Below the pieces are notes generated by a model that was not told the DNA's origin, made no database searches, and saw only the letters and a program-made list of their open reading frames with translations. Of a DNA stretch of 64,000 nucleotides, positions 1 through 12,410 are shown one piece after another. The position numbers and the translations under genes were made by a program. Within the stretch, counting starts at the first letter, position 1. The number at the start of each line of letters is the position of its first letter. The stretch is from Mobula hypostoma (Eukaryota): NCBI RefSeq assembly GCF_963921235.1, contig NC_086108.1:108192001-108256000 (forward strand), written 5' to 3'.

Positions 1-830
1 TGTGTCCACTGTAGGAAAAAACACTGAACAAGAATGGTGTTCATGGAATGGCACTACGTAGGAAACCACTGCTCTCCAAAAAAAACATTGCTGCTTGTCT
101 CAAGTTTGCAAAAGCCCATCTGTGTATTCTACAATGCTTCTGAAACAACGTTCTGTGGACAGATGATACAGAAGTTGAACATTTTAAAAGAAATGCACAT
201 TGCTATGTTTGGAGGGAAAAGGGCAATGCACACCAACACCAAAACCTCATCCCACCTGTGAAGCATGGTGGAAGGAGCTTCATGGTTTGGGGCTGCTTTG
301 CTACTTCAGGGCCTGGACAGCTTGCCATTGTTGAGAGAACAATGAATTCAAAATTGTATCAAGACATTTTACAGGAAAATATTAGGGTAGTAGTCATTCA
401 CCTGAAGCTTAATAGAAGTTGAATAATGCAACAAGACAATGATCCAAAAGACTAGAGCAAATCACCAACAGAATGGTTTAAGAAGAAGAAAATTTGTGTC
501 TAGAAATGGCCAAATCCTGACCTTAATCCTATAGAAAAGTTGTGGAAGAACCTGAAGCAAGCAGTTCGTGCAAGGAAGTCCACCAACATCCCAGAGGTGA
601 GGCATTTTGTAAGGAGGAATGGCTTAAAATTCCTCACAGCCGATGTGCAGGACTGATCAACAGTTACCAGAAAAGTCTGGTTGAAGTTATTGCTGCACAA
701 GGGGGTCACACCAGCTAATGAAAGCAAAGATTCACATACTTTTTCCAACAAATACATGTAATATTGGATAATTTTTCTCAATAAATAAATGAACAACTAT
801 AATGTTTTTTGTGTTATTTATTTATGTACC
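1..830 (+). mobile_element. Decayed Tc1/mariner transposon (transposase C-terminal part with stops and frameshifts; runs off window start)
   Basis: Manual translation gives VKHGG..MVWGCF (about 258-300), MQQDNDPK (426-449) and PDLNPIE (516-536), the Tc1 DDE-region motifs, with in-frame stops. Confidence 0.92.
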
Positions 831-864
831 TGACTCAACTGCTTTCTCTGGCAGCTCATTCCAT

Positions 865-2262
865 ATAGAACATAGAACAATACAGCCTAGGTACAGGCCC
901 TTCAGCCCACAAATCTGTGCCAAACAAATTAAACTACTAATCAAACGACCAACTAAACCAATCCCTTTTGCTGACAAAATCTCCATTTCCTTCCATTTTC
1001 CCCACATTCATGTGCCTACCTAAACGTCTCTTGAAAGTTCCTAATGATGATGGAATTGATGGCTTTTTTTGTAAAGCTTGAAGATGATACAAAGATCGTT
1101 GGGGAGACATGTGGTTATGAGGAAGGAGGGTGGCTACAGAAGAGGTTTAGACAGATTAGGAGAATGGGAAAAGAGTGGCAGATTGAATTCAGAGTCGGGA
1201 AGTGTATGGTCATGCCTTTGATAGAAGAAATGAAAGAATTGACTATTTTCTCACTGTTACAAAAATCTGAGATGCAAAAGGATTTGGGTGTCCTTGTGCA
1301 GGATTCCCTAATGGTTAATTTGAAGGTTGAGTCTGTGGTGAGGAAGGCAAATGCAATGTTAGCATTCATTTCAAGAGGACTGGAATATAAAAGCAAGGAT
1401 GTAATATTGAGACTTTATAAAGCACTGGTGAAGCCTCACTTGGAGTATTGTGAGCAGTTTTGGGCCCCTTATCTTAGAAAGGATGTGCTGAAACTCAAGA
1501 AAGTCCAAAGGGGATTCACAAAAATGATTCCAGGATTGAATGGCTTATCACACGAAGAGTGTTTGATGGCTCAGAACCTGTATTACCCAGAATTGAAAAG
1601 AATGGGGGGTGACTTAATTGAAACCTAGAAAACGGTGATAGGCCTTGATAGAATGGATGTGGAGGGGATGATTCCTATGATGGGAGTCTAAGACCGGAGG
1701 ACACAGTTTCAGAATAGAGGGATGTCCTTTTAGAATAGAGATGAAGAGGAATTTCTTTCGCCAGAGAGTGGTGAATCTGTGGAATTCTTTGCTACAGGCA
1801 GCTGTTCAGGCCAAGTCTTAATGTATATTTAAGGCAGAGGTTGATGGGATCTTGATTAGTCAGGGTGTGAAAAATTATGAGGAGATGACAGGAGAATGGG
1901 TTTGAGAAGGAAGTGGATCAGCTCTAATGAAATGGCAGAGCAGACTCGATGGGCCATATAGCCTAATTTTGATTCCGTATCTTAGGGTCTTACTGTTTTA
2001 TGGTATCTGCCTCTATCACCACCCTAGGCAGTGCATTCCAGGCACCCACCACTCTGTGTAAAAAACTTGTTCTTCACTATCTCCTTCAAAATTACCCCAT
2101 CTCTCCTTAAATGCACGCCATCTGGTATTAGACAGTTCAACCCTGGGAAAAAAGATATTATCTGTCTACTCTATCAATGACTTTCATAATCTTATAACTA
2201 TCAGATCTCACCTCAGCCCCCATCCGTTCCAGAGAAAATAACCCAAGTTTGTCCAGTCTCTG
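865..2262 (-). mobile_element. CR1 LINE 3' fragment split by the + strand CR1 at about 1044-2000
   Basis: CATAGAACAATACAG..ACAGGCCCTTCAGCCCAC tail at 870-910. The sequence resumes at about 2003 (GTATCTGCCTCTATCACCACC). Same family as 17240-17670 and 19524-19915. Confidence 0.75.
1044..2000 (+). mobile_element. CR1 LINE, 5'-truncated (RT C-terminus + 3' UTR)
   Basis: ORF 1044-1628 contains KDLGVLV, KANAMLAFISRG and LYKALVKPHLEYCEQFWAPY, typical CR1 ORF2 C-terminal motifs. Confidence 0.92.
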
Positions 2263-2994
2263 AGTGAAGAAGTATACTGACCACTCTCTTGGTGACAATG
2301 TTGTCCCTCAGTGACAGTCTTCGGTCTTGGTCAGAACAATCGCACCCTTCATGTGCAGGACTGACTGATGTCCACCAGAATTCACTCTGGGAGTGTGCTT
2401 TCATTTCCTGGAATTTAGTGAGCCGAAGGGCGGAAGTTTTAAAGGGAAGGACACATGGGTCTGTGGCTGCCTTTCCTCTAAGCAGGGTCCTAACCCAAAA
2501 CTTTGCCTGTCCATTTCCCTCCAATGGTGCTGCCCGAGTCACTGATTTCCTGCAGCAATTTGCGAGTGTTGCTCCATACAGCCACCTGTCACCCACACGA
2601 CTTAATTCCTTCACTATGATGTTTGATCTCATATTTCGATTTGTCATTTGAGGCTGCATCAGCTGCAGTCTGTGGCAGGGAGTTTCGGATTTCTGCCAGG
2701 CTCTGTATGTCAAACTACCCCACAATGGCCCAGTCCAGTTCTTAGATGAAGCCTAGCCTAAATCCAGTCACGCAACCAGAGGTAATCGTTCCTCACTCTC
2801 TCCCCTGTCTGTTCCTCAGAAGATCTTTGAAGTTTTGGCAGTTTACTTTATTCAGTGAATATAATATACTATAGTTGGCATATTTCTTCTCCATCTCCAA
2901 GGGTCATATGTCTGAGAGTGATGGTCACAACCCATTGGTATTTTATCAGTGCCCATGATGGAGCTCACTCTGTAGCTTATTTTGATCCTATGCA

Positions 2995-3395
2995 GTAGCA
3001 CCCAGCCCCCATATTGACACCCAGGAACTTGAACTTGCTCACTCTTTCCACTTCTGATCCATCAACGAGGACCAGTGTGTGTTCCCTCATCTTAACCTTT
3101 CTGAAGTCCACAATCAGTTCTTTGGTTTCGCTGACATTTAATGCAAGGTTGTTGTTGCGACACCACTCCACTATCCGATATATCTCACTCCTGTACGCCC
3201 TCGCATCACCATCTGAAATATCTCCACTATCCGATATATCTCACTCCTGTGTGCCCTCGCATCACCATCTGAAATATCTCCACTATTGGGTATATCTCAC
3301 TTCTGTGTGCCCTCGCATCACCATCTGAAATTCTACCAACAATGGTTGTATCATCAGCAAATTTATAGACGGAATTTGAGCTGTGCCTTGCCACA
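2995..3395 (-). mobile_element. Rex1/Babar-type LINE RT fragment
   Basis: ORF 2977-3171(-) WCRNNNLALNVSETKELIVDFRK..VERVSKFKFLGV matches the RT region of 17895-18830. Confidence 0.85.
3166..3332. repeat. Tandem triplication of a 56-bp unit inside the Rex fragment
   Basis: Unit CTCCACTATCCGATATATCTCACTCCTGTACGCCCTCGCATCACCATCTGAAATAT at 3166, 3222 and about 3278. Confidence 0.92.
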
Positions 3396-3696
3396 TGGTA
3401 TGACTGTGTGGTTGTTATTCAGTTTCACTGGCATGTTGCCTGGAATGGAGGAGTTTTGTTACAAGGGGATATTAGGATTAATACTGTTTTATCATTGTCT
3501 CATGTACCAAGACACATTGGGAAGCTTTTGGTTTGCTTGCCATCTAGAGGGATCATTCCATGCATAATCACATTGAGATAGTGAAATTGAAATCAGAATT
3601 CAGAATGTATGACATCAACAGTCCGGTTATCTCCGGCCATAAGAAACCATTACTTTAGCAGTGAACATTACAAAAAACCATTGCATTGCAGTGAAC

Positions 3697-4320
3697 TCGG
3701 TTATACTTTATTTGGAGTTTGAAGAGATTTGGCATGTCAACAAATACACTCAAAAACTTCTATAGTTGTACCGTGGAGAGCATTCTGACAGGCTGCATCA
3801 CTGTTTGGTATGGAGAGGCTACTGCACAGGACCAAAAGAAGTTGCAGAAGGTTGTAAATCTAGTCAGCTCCATCTTGGACGCTAGCCTACAAAGTACCCA
3901 GGACATCTTCAGGGAACAGTGTCTCAGAAAGGCAGAGTCCATTGTTAAGGACCACCAGCACCCAGGGTATGCCCTTTTCTCACTGTTACCATCAGGTAGG
4001 AGGGACAGAAACCTGAAGGCACACACTCAGCGATTCAGGAACAGCTTCTTCCCCTCTGCCATCCGATTCCTAAATGGACATTGAACCCTTGGACACTGTC
4101 TCACTTTTTTTATAATATACAGTATTTCTTTTTTTGCATGTTTTTTTAAATCTATTCAACTTACGTAATTGATTTACTTGTTTATTTATTTATTTTTTTA
4201 GTTTTATTTATTTTTTTTTCTCTCTCTGCTAGATTATGTATTGCATTAAACTGCTGCTGCTAAGTTAACAAATTTCACGCCATATGCCGATGACAATAAA
4301 CCTGATTCTGATTCTGATTT
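3697..4320 (+). mobile_element. Rex1/Babar LINE 3' end with (ATTCTG)n tail
   Basis: ORF 3719-4084 FYSCTVESILTGCITVWYG..HPGYALFSLLPSGRR..RFRNSFFPSAIRFLN. AATAAA followed by CTGATTCTGATTCTGA at about 4295-4318. Confidence 0.88.
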
Positions 4321-4465
4321 CAACCAGAGTGCAGAAGACAATGAACTGTGCAAATGCAAAAAGAAGAAGCAATACTATAAATTAATAAGCAATAAATATC
4401 AAGAACATGAGATGAAGAGCCGTTGAAAGTGAGTCCGTTGGTTGTCGGAATTAGTGATTGAGTAA

Positions 4466-4943
4466 AGGCTGATTTATACTTGTGCGTCAAATGTATGCTG
4501 TAGGTACTGCGTACCCTATGCCATAGGGTGACATGCACCTCCCCAAAAATGTAACTCACACGTCGCGGTGACGCAGAGTGCAACAACTGTGATTAGTCCG
4601 CTTGGTAGCATCGCATTTCTTCCTACGCATTCCGGTTGCTTTTCTCCGCCACGTCTGTACTCTGATGTGAAATAAATGGTTGGAGAGCATGAACCAAATC
4701 GTCAAATCTACCTGCTGGCATCCAAAATTATTTGAAATGTATTTCCTCGTCCATGTCTCTCACAAAGAAACTCAACACCGTGGCATAGAAACCCTACCGC
4801 CAACTAGCGTTTTGGCCGTGAATTGCAGAGCCACGCAGACACAACTACGCATGCACGCTATGGCATAGGGCTACGCTAAAGTATAAATCAGGCCTACAGT
4901 GTAGGCTATGGCATAGCCCGTACGCACATGTATAAATCAGCCT
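4466..4943. mobile_element. PIF/Harbinger-type non-autonomous DNA transposon (MITE)
   Basis: TIRs AGGCTGATTTATACTTGTGCGT (4466) and ACGCACATGTATAAATCAGCCT (ends 4943), 21/22 match. TAA target duplication at 4463-4465 and 4944-4946. Confidence 0.9.
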
Positions 4944-4949
4944 TAATGG

Positions 4950-5172
4950 TCTTGCAGTGCCAGTGACACCTGGGTTAATATCCCACCGCTTTCTATAAGA
5001 AGTTTGTACATTCTCACAGTGACTGGGTGGGTTTCCTCCAGTTGCTCTGGTTTCCTCCCACATGCCAAAGACGTACGGGTTAGTAGGTTAGTTGGTCACA
5101 TGGGTGTATTAAGGAAGCGCAGACTCATTGGGATGGAAGGGCCTGTTACCTGGTGCTGTATCTCTAAATAAA
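4950..5172 (+). mobile_element. V-SINE (HE1-like), 5'-truncated
   Basis: V-domain GTGGGTTTCCTCC..TGCTCTGGTTTCCTCCCAC and a CR1-like tail GAAGGGCCTGTTAC. Confidence 0.8.
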
Positions 5173-5729
5173 AAAAAAATCAGAAACGGTGGAGGACCTC
5201 AGCAAGTCAGACAACATCTATGGAAGAGAATAAACGGTCGACATCCTAATGGAAGGACATTCCGTGATGAAGAGTTTTGGCTTGAAATGTGTGTTGCTCA
5301 AGATTTCATGCAGAATCTCCAGTGGGCAGAATATTGTGTTCCAGTTGCAGAGAGAAGATGCAGTGCAGATAGACAAGTGATAGTCACTGCAAAGTAGATT
5401 AGGAAATCAAGGGTTTGTTGCTAGCATTTTGGAGGTCTGTTCAAAACTGAAGAGTATGGTATGTTGAGTCCGAGCAGTACCTTATCAAGCTTTATAAAAT
5501 ATTGAGGGGCAGAGATAGGTCAGATTCATTTTTTCCTGGGGCAGAGTATTCAAGAGCAAGATGGCACAGGTTTAAGGTGAGGGGGGAGAAAGTTAATGGA
5601 AATTGAAGGGTACGTTTCTCACCCTGAGGATTGTGACTACCTGGAACAAGCAGAGGAGACAGTGGAGAATGATAGAATGACAACATTTAAAAGGCAGTAG
5701 TAGCAGTAGGTTTCCATTGGTCAAAGTCA

Positions 5730-6265
5730 ATCAAGGAGTTTGCATTCTGGCTGTCTTGATACACAAGCCAGGGCAGTACAATGCGGACAGCAAGCTGTCT
5801 GAGCATGTAGCAGGCTCCCCCTCTCCAAGCATCTGATGACTCCAAAGGAACGGCAGAGACCAATACAGTTTGGCACCAGCAGTGTCATGGGAGTTGCCAT
5901 TCAGGATTGAAGTCAACATAGGACTGCCTTAGTGACGCCAGCTCTGGACTTTCCCCCTCGGGGTTTACTCCTGAAGCCTTCCCCATGAGTGGGTATGGCC
6001 TCAAGGCAGCAGACATTTGAGGTCAGTTTTTCCTTCTCCTAGGTGAGCTGCCAGTCATGGCTGAGAGTCCGTCAGCCCGAAGCAACTAGCTTTAAGGCCC
6101 CAATAAGCCCACTTTAGCCCCTTCTCCAGGCCTAGTAGAAACGGCTTCTCCAGGCCTAGTAGCTAAGCCAGACGTGAAAGCCAGGAACTGCATCTATTTG
6201 CAGCATTTAATAGATAGTGGGAGCTTATCCCGATTACCACCCTCAACTGTAACAACCTTAAGGAA
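5730..6265 (-). mobile_element. Non-autonomous element, probably derived from an RTE 5' UTR; second copy at 50355-50690
   Basis: Shares long blocks with 50355-50690 (ATACAGTTTGGCACCA; GGGTTTACTCCTGAAGCCTTCCCCATGAGTGGGT) and with the SINE body at 57266-57460. The RTE assignment is inferred. Confidence 0.6.
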
Positions 6266-6619
6266 CTTTTAAAAGGTGTTTGGGCAGACACTTAAGATAA
6301 GAAAGGCAAAGAGCAATACAGACTTAATCCGGCAAACGGGATTAGCATAGTGAGGTATCCTGGTTGGCTTGGACAAGGTGGCCTGTTTCTGTGGTGTACG
6401 GTTCTGTAATTCTATAAGAGAGGTGTGTCTTAATGGCTTGAGGGTTTATGGATTAACAGTTATTGGAATTGTTTTAGGAAAAGCTTCTTCTCTGTCATCA
6501 GATTTCTGAACAGACAATGAACCAACTCACTATTTTTGCAATCTTCTTACACCACAGTATTTTTTGCTGTAGTTGTTAGTTTTCTAATGTATTGTACTGC
6601 TGCACAAAACAACAAATTC

Positions 6620-6845
6620 ATTTATTTAGATATACGGTGGTATACTGACCCTTCCAGCCATGCTGCCAGCAACTCCCGATTTAACCCAAGTCTAATCAGG
6701 GGATAACTTAAAATGACCAATTCACCTACTAACTGTACATCTTTGGACTGTGGGAGAAACCTGGTCACTGGGAAGATGTACAGAAGATGCTGAGATTGAC
6801 CTCCGAATTCCGAAGCTCCAAGCTGTAATAGTGTTGTGGTTAGTC
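6620..6845 (-). mobile_element. V-SINE fragment
   Basis: Reverse complement of the V-SINE body (ACATCTTTGGACTGTGGGAG) and tail. Confidence 0.7.
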
Positions 6846-8749
6846 TGCCCCAGTTTTCAAGAGATGCCAGTGATATCATACCTGATTCCGATTCACGGGA
6901 TATCTCATCCCTTTCCAAGTCCTAAAACCGCTTTCTAGCTCAGTGCCAAAATGGGCCAACCCACTAAAGCCATGATCTTTGGCATCGTTGAATAGTTGGG
7001 TGCTTTACTTTAATGCAAAGCCTTTTGCAGCGTTGATGAAGCCTCCTGCCTGTTTGCGTACCAATGCACCAGGTAATGGAAGCTTACTTGCCACCATTCC
7101 TTGCTGTATTTATGTTGTTAAATGAGCTGAAGATTTTGCATGTTGCAGCTCAAGGGAAAAGATGTTTGGATTAAAGGGTGGAATTATTAGCATGTGTTTA
7201 GCATTTGTTTTTTCTGCTCTGATGAGGTTGCTGCTAATTCTCAGGCAGGGGTTTGGTTGACTGGAAATTTAAAATTGACTTTACAAGCCCCCTTTTCTCT
7301 TCGGTTCCCGGTGGCTGCCGGCCTTTGGGGAGCAGGCGAGGAGCGATAACTGAACATTAATGAGATTTAACCCTTGGAGGGCCTGGTCTGTAGTGTGTGT
7401 TTGCAAAGCTGCTTGTGAGAGTCACGTAAGAAGTAAAAGCAAGAATATGTCTCCTCTGTCAATAAGGAGGGTGTTATGGTAGCTTGACAGTAATCTACCG
7501 ACCTTTTTATCTATCTGTCTATCTATCTGGTGTTGAAGAAGGGTCTTGGCCCAAAATGTCAACTGTTTACTCTTTTCCCTCGATGTTGCCTGACCTGCTG
7601 AGTTCCTCCTGCAATTTGTGTGTGTCACTGGATTTCCAGCATCTGCAGATTCTCTCACATTTGTGATTATCTATATCTATCTGTCCATCTTCCCAACTAT
7701 CTGTCTATCTATCTATCAAAAAAGGTTCAAGCGTTCATTTTATTATCAAAGTAGATATGCAGAATACACCCCAGAGATCTGTCTTCTCAAGATAGCCATA
7801 AAATACAGAAAACCTTAGAAGTAGTGGGAAAAAAGACGTCAATCCTCCCTACATGAAAAGAAAAAGAAACAAAAACTTGCTGTGAATTGCAACTGACTGG
7901 CTACAGTGATGACTGCCTTCGAGGTTGTGAACCTACTTTTGGGAAGTTTAGTTCTGAATGTTAGTTGCTTACTTTTTATTGTTTGCATAATTTGTTCTTT
8001 TTTTTAGCATTTTGGATGTTTGCCAGTCTTTTTTTAATGGGCTCTGTTAGCTTTCTTTGTTTTGTGGCCGCCTGTAAGAAGACGAATCTCAAGGTTGTAT
8101 ATAGTATACATACTTAGATAATAAATATACTTTGAAATTTGGACCTTATCGTCAGGATCTCTTGTTTTCAGTTGATAGGGCTATTGGATAAATGCCCGTC
8201 CGTGTTATCAATGCCCGTCTGTGTTATCAATGCTCAGAGTCCAAAACTGAATTACAGAAAAATGCTTTATTTCACATAAGATGATTTGGGAGGATATGAA
8301 GTCTTTCTATCTTCAGCAAGTAGCAGAAAACTTACAACGTTGTTTGGTATACAAACTAAAGGAGTGGTTTATGTACAATATAAAAGCAAGTTTGTAATAT
8401 TGAGGCTTTATAAAGCACTGGTCCGGGCTGACTTTGAGTATTGTGAGCAGTTTTGGGCCCCTTATCTAAAAAAGGATGCACTGACATAGGAGAGAGTTCA
8501 AAGGAGGTTACGAAAATGATTCCAGGATTGAAAGAATTGTCATGTTGGTAATGGCTCAGGAAAGGTTTTTTTAAGTATATAATTTTCCTTAATGTACTGC
8601 AGAGAATATGAAAATAGGATTTCAGTAGGTGGGTACTTGACCATTGACATCGACTCAATGTGCCGAAGGACTTGCATCCTCGCTCTGTGGCTGCATAAGG
8701 TGGTAGACTGCGAGGCAGGCTTTCTGAGTTTAATCCTAGTGTCAAAGCA

Positions 8750-9140
8750 GGTAGGTGGCAGGGTGGAGATATGCCTCTACCAAAGGAGGTGTAAGACACT
8801 CCTTCCCTCTGCTAGCCTGCAGGTCACCCTTGGGTAAGGTGTAGCACCTGCTTCGCCCTCCGATCAGGGTCACGTGAAGCCATGGGAAGGTTGTATGAGG
8901 AGCTGGTGCATATCACAATACTTGGTTGTGCAGTGTCTTTAAAAACAGGTGACCCCAGCCATCATCAGTACTCTTCGGAGATTGTTCTTGCCTGGCATCA
9001 CCTGTCTTGTAAAGACACTGACAATAAGAAGGCAATGGCAAACCACTACTGTAGACAAATTTACCCAGAACAATCACGGTCATGGTCATGGAAAGACTAT
9101 GATTGCTCACAACATACGCCACAGCACATAATGAATGGAC
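8750..9140 (+). mobile_element. RTE-related non-autonomous retroelement; second copy at 10503-10860(-)
   Basis: Two copies align over about 350 bp. The 3' part contains GGCAATGGCAAACCAC, resembling Bov-A/RTE tails, and ends in GCACATAATGAATG. Confidence 0.6.
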
Positions 9141-10502
9141 ATTAAAGCAGATCAAAGAAGGTCTTTCAGAATTAAGAGGAAAATACCAATAGTATTCTGC
9201 TGTTTAATTCAGAGAATGTCATGTAAATAGAAAGTTTGTTCATTAAAGCTTTGTACTGCTTCCAAAAAGCATCATGCTTCTCTCTCCAAAATTGAAGAGT
9301 CAGCCTCTGAATTTTTAAAATATTTATTTTGTATAGCTACATAAATACAGGTTTAAGAGAGCTTTTATTGTTTGTTTGTTTATTTATTTATTCAGATATA
9401 AATCAAAACCAGAAACTCTGTTAGCGCTAGTTGAAAATATCCAGCTTAATATGGATGGATTCCATCCGGAGCAAGCAATTTCCACTGAGTAGTAAAGAGG
9501 TTTATCTTCTATCTTGACCCCGTGTTTCCAATCTACTGTCTGCTCCTGAATGGGGTGTTTCATTTTGCAGGAGATTACCCCTGCCTCTTAACTCCTTTCT
9601 TCTCCTTGAGCATTCAGCTCATTGCTTGGGGTTTTCAGTTTGCCCCTGCCTCATTTGGTTTTTGAGTCACGTTGTCTTTGGAAACTAGCGTGGAATTACA
9701 TCAGTGATGGAATGTATGCTTACAAAAATCCCCTTTGGTGCATATGACAGTCTCTCTTTCTCTCATGCCTTCTCTTTGCCTCACCTGCCTATCACTTCCC
9801 TCTAGTTTTCCGCACCGCTCCCCCCTTCTCCTTCCCTTTCTTCCATAGACCACTCTCCTGTCCATCAGATTCCTTCTTCTTCAGTCCTGTTCCACCAATC
9901 ACCTCCCAGCTTCTCACTCCATCCTCCTCCCTCACCCCTCCACCTTCCCCCTCACGTGGTTTCATGTATCACCTGTCATCTTGTACTCCTTCTCCATCCC
10001 CCATCTTCTTATTCTGGCTTTTCTTCCTTTCCCCTCCAATCCTGATGAAGGGTTTCAGCCCAAAATGTTGGCGGTTTATTCCCGTCCGTGGATGCTGCCT
10101 GACCTGCTGAGATCTGCCAGCATTTTGCACGTTACCTGCAAAGATCTTTTGTCTCTTTCTAACGCATTACCTTGCACCTGAGGTTGGGCTTGTTATTTTA
10201 GGCAGGGAAGAGTGAGGTGATGCAGCTTGGCAGAACAACAGAAAATTAAAGGTGAAAAATGAAATATTTAAGAGGGAAATTCTTCACACAGAGGATGGTG
10301 GAAGTGTGGAATAAACTGCCAGAAAAAGTGATGAATGCAGGTTTGAGTTCAACATTAAAGAAAAATTTGAATGAGTCTATGAATGGGAGGGGTATGGAGG
10401 GTTTTGGTCCAGGTACAGGTTGATAGGACTAGGCAGATTAATAGCTCAGTACAGACTAGATGACCTGAGGGGCCTGTTTCTGTGCTGTAGAGCTCTATAA
10501 TT

Positions 10503-10860
10503 CTTGTTCGTTCGTTATGTGCCATTTTGTATGACGTAGGTTATCATGGTCTTTCCATGACCGTGATTGTTCTTGGCAAATGTTTCTTCTGGATAGTGTC
10601 TTTACAAGATGGGTGACCTCAGCTATTATCAATACTCTTCAGAGATTGTCTGCCTGTTGTCAGTGGTCACATAACCAGGACTTGTGATATGCACCAGCTG
10701 CTGATACAACCATCCGCCACCTGATCCCATGGCTTCGCATGACCCTGATAGTGGGGCTATGCAGATACTGCACCTTGCCCAAGGGTGCGCCGTAGGGTAG
10801 TGGAAGAAAGGAGCGCCTTGCACCTCCTTTGGTAGAGACGTATCTCCAGCCCACCATCCA
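10503..10860 (-). mobile_element. RTE-related non-autonomous retroelement (copy 2)
   Basis: Reverse complement matches 8750-9140 (CTCTACCAAAGGAGGTG..AGCTGGTGCATATCACAA..GAACAATCACGGTCATGG); tail (AACG)n. Confidence 0.6.
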
Positions 10861-11194
10861 TTTATGACTCCATACCTCTAAAAAAATCTATGACTATAGG
10901 TTCTTTAGGAAGAGAGTATTGGAATGGGGGCAACACACACAAAATACTGGAGGAACCCTTCAGCCTGAAAGATCAACTGTACTCTTTCCATAGTTGCTGC
11001 CCTTACCTCCAGCATTTTGTGAGTGTTGCTCGGATTTCCAGCATCTGCAGATTTTCTCATGTTTATGACTGGAATGGGGGACCTATCCACAAATTCTTTG
11101 AAGTGGTAGGCATGTTGAAAGAGCAGTCAATAAAATGTAAAGGTTTTGTACTTCATACATAGCAGTATCCAGTAAAAAGTTGGTTGAACTGCTT

Positions 11195-11550
11195 AGAAGC
11201 TAATCAAATATTGAAAGGCGTAGAAAGAGTGGAAGTGGGGTGGACGTGGTGAGACTGGGACCGGAGGGCACAGCCTCAGAATAGAAGGATGTCCACTTAG
11301 ACCAGAGATGTGGATGAATTTCTTCAGCCAGAGGGTGGTGTACCTGTGGAGTTCATGGCCAAAGGCAGCTGTGGAGGCCAAATCATTGAATATATTTAAA
11401 GTGGAAGGTGATAGGTTGTGATTGGTAAGGACATCAAAGGTTATGGGGAGAAAGCAGGAGAATAGGGATGAGAGGGATAATAAATCAGACACGATGCAAT
11501 AATAGAGCAGAGTTGATGGGCCGAAAGGCCTAAACCTACTCCTATGTCTT
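11195..11550 (+). mobile_element. CR1 3' end
   Basis: GGGCACAGCCTCAGAATAGAAGG..CAGAGGGTGGTG..GATGGGCCGAAAGGCCTAA; same family as 1650-2000. Confidence 0.85.
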
Positions 11551-12132
11551 CGGGCAGGGAATTGGGTTGACACATGAGGGGTCGTCACTTGCAGGGTTAC
11601 AGGGAATGGCTTGGGTGGGACTGTTCTTACAATGTTTGTCCAGGAGTCGATATGCCAAATATCCTCCTTCTGTGCCAAAACCTGATGATGATACTTCTTG
11701 AGAAACCGGTAAACGTGGATGGAAATGTTCTCAGTTTGTTTCCGTAGACAGGAGAGAGCCAGTGGAATTTGAATAATGGAGTGATTAGCGTCAATACACT
11801 TGGGGACTAAAAGAAAGGGCCGATCGCGATTCTGTCATCCAGTGGCATTTCAAAACCTGCAAGGAGAGGAAAAGACATTTTAATTAGTGAAATCACTTCC
11901 TTGTGCCTCACCAGAGTTTTGTCGTTTCATCATCTCTGCCTATCAGTTGTGTTCTGAAAATATTTGGAGCCAATTAAGGTTACAAATGTGGAACCCTTCA
12001 AGCTCTCGAATGTGTGAAAGTTTGACATATCGTACTCTTCGCTTTGATTTGAAACATTTTGCTTTCATTAAGTTACTTTGAGGCCCGTGAGTCCAAGGAA
12101 TGTGCTTGGCAGCTCTTCAGTAGGGAAGTGAG

Positions 12133-12410
12133 GGGCGCTGCAGTAGTGTCCTGGTTAGCACAATGCTTTATAGTACAGGCAACCCAGGTTCAATTCACAT
12201 TACTGTCTATGAGGAGTTTGTATGTTCTCCCTGTGATTGGGTGGGTTTCCTTGGGTGCTCTGTTTTCCTCCCACAGTACAAAGACGTACCAGTCGGTCGG
12301 TTAATTGGCCATTGTAAATTGTTCCGCGATTAGGCTTTGGGGGATTGCTGGGTGGCGTGGCTCGAAGGGCCAGAAGGGCCAATTCCGTGCTGTTTCTCTA
12401 CAAAGTAAAT
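12133..12410 (+). mobile_element. V-SINE (HE1-like), near full length
   Basis: tRNA-like head (TAGTGTCCTGGTTAGC..GGTTCAATTC), V-domain and CR1-like tail GAAGGGCCAGAAGGGCC. Confidence 0.85.

Noticed and set aside
2213..2725. 170-aa and 120-aa ORFs in unique sequence
   Set aside because: Non-ATG starts, no recognisable domain and no convincing splice pattern.
3166..3332. Regular direct repeats suggestive of a CRISPR array
   Set aside because: Head-to-tail 56-bp duplication with no unique spacers, inside a LINE, in a vertebrate context.
5828..5860. CTGATGA followed by a short stem (possible hammerhead)
   Set aside because: No GAAA box or stem I/III pairing; the second copy (about 50497) lacks the motif.
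6160..6195. TTCACGT loop (minus strand) like the L3 of CPEB3/HDV-type ribozymes
   Set aside because: I could not build P1/P2/P3 and the nested pseudoknot; the adjacent bases fit a simple hairpin better.
8192..8234. 19-bp tandem duplication AATGCCCGTCYGTGTTATC
   Set aside because: Ordinary local duplication with no further structure.
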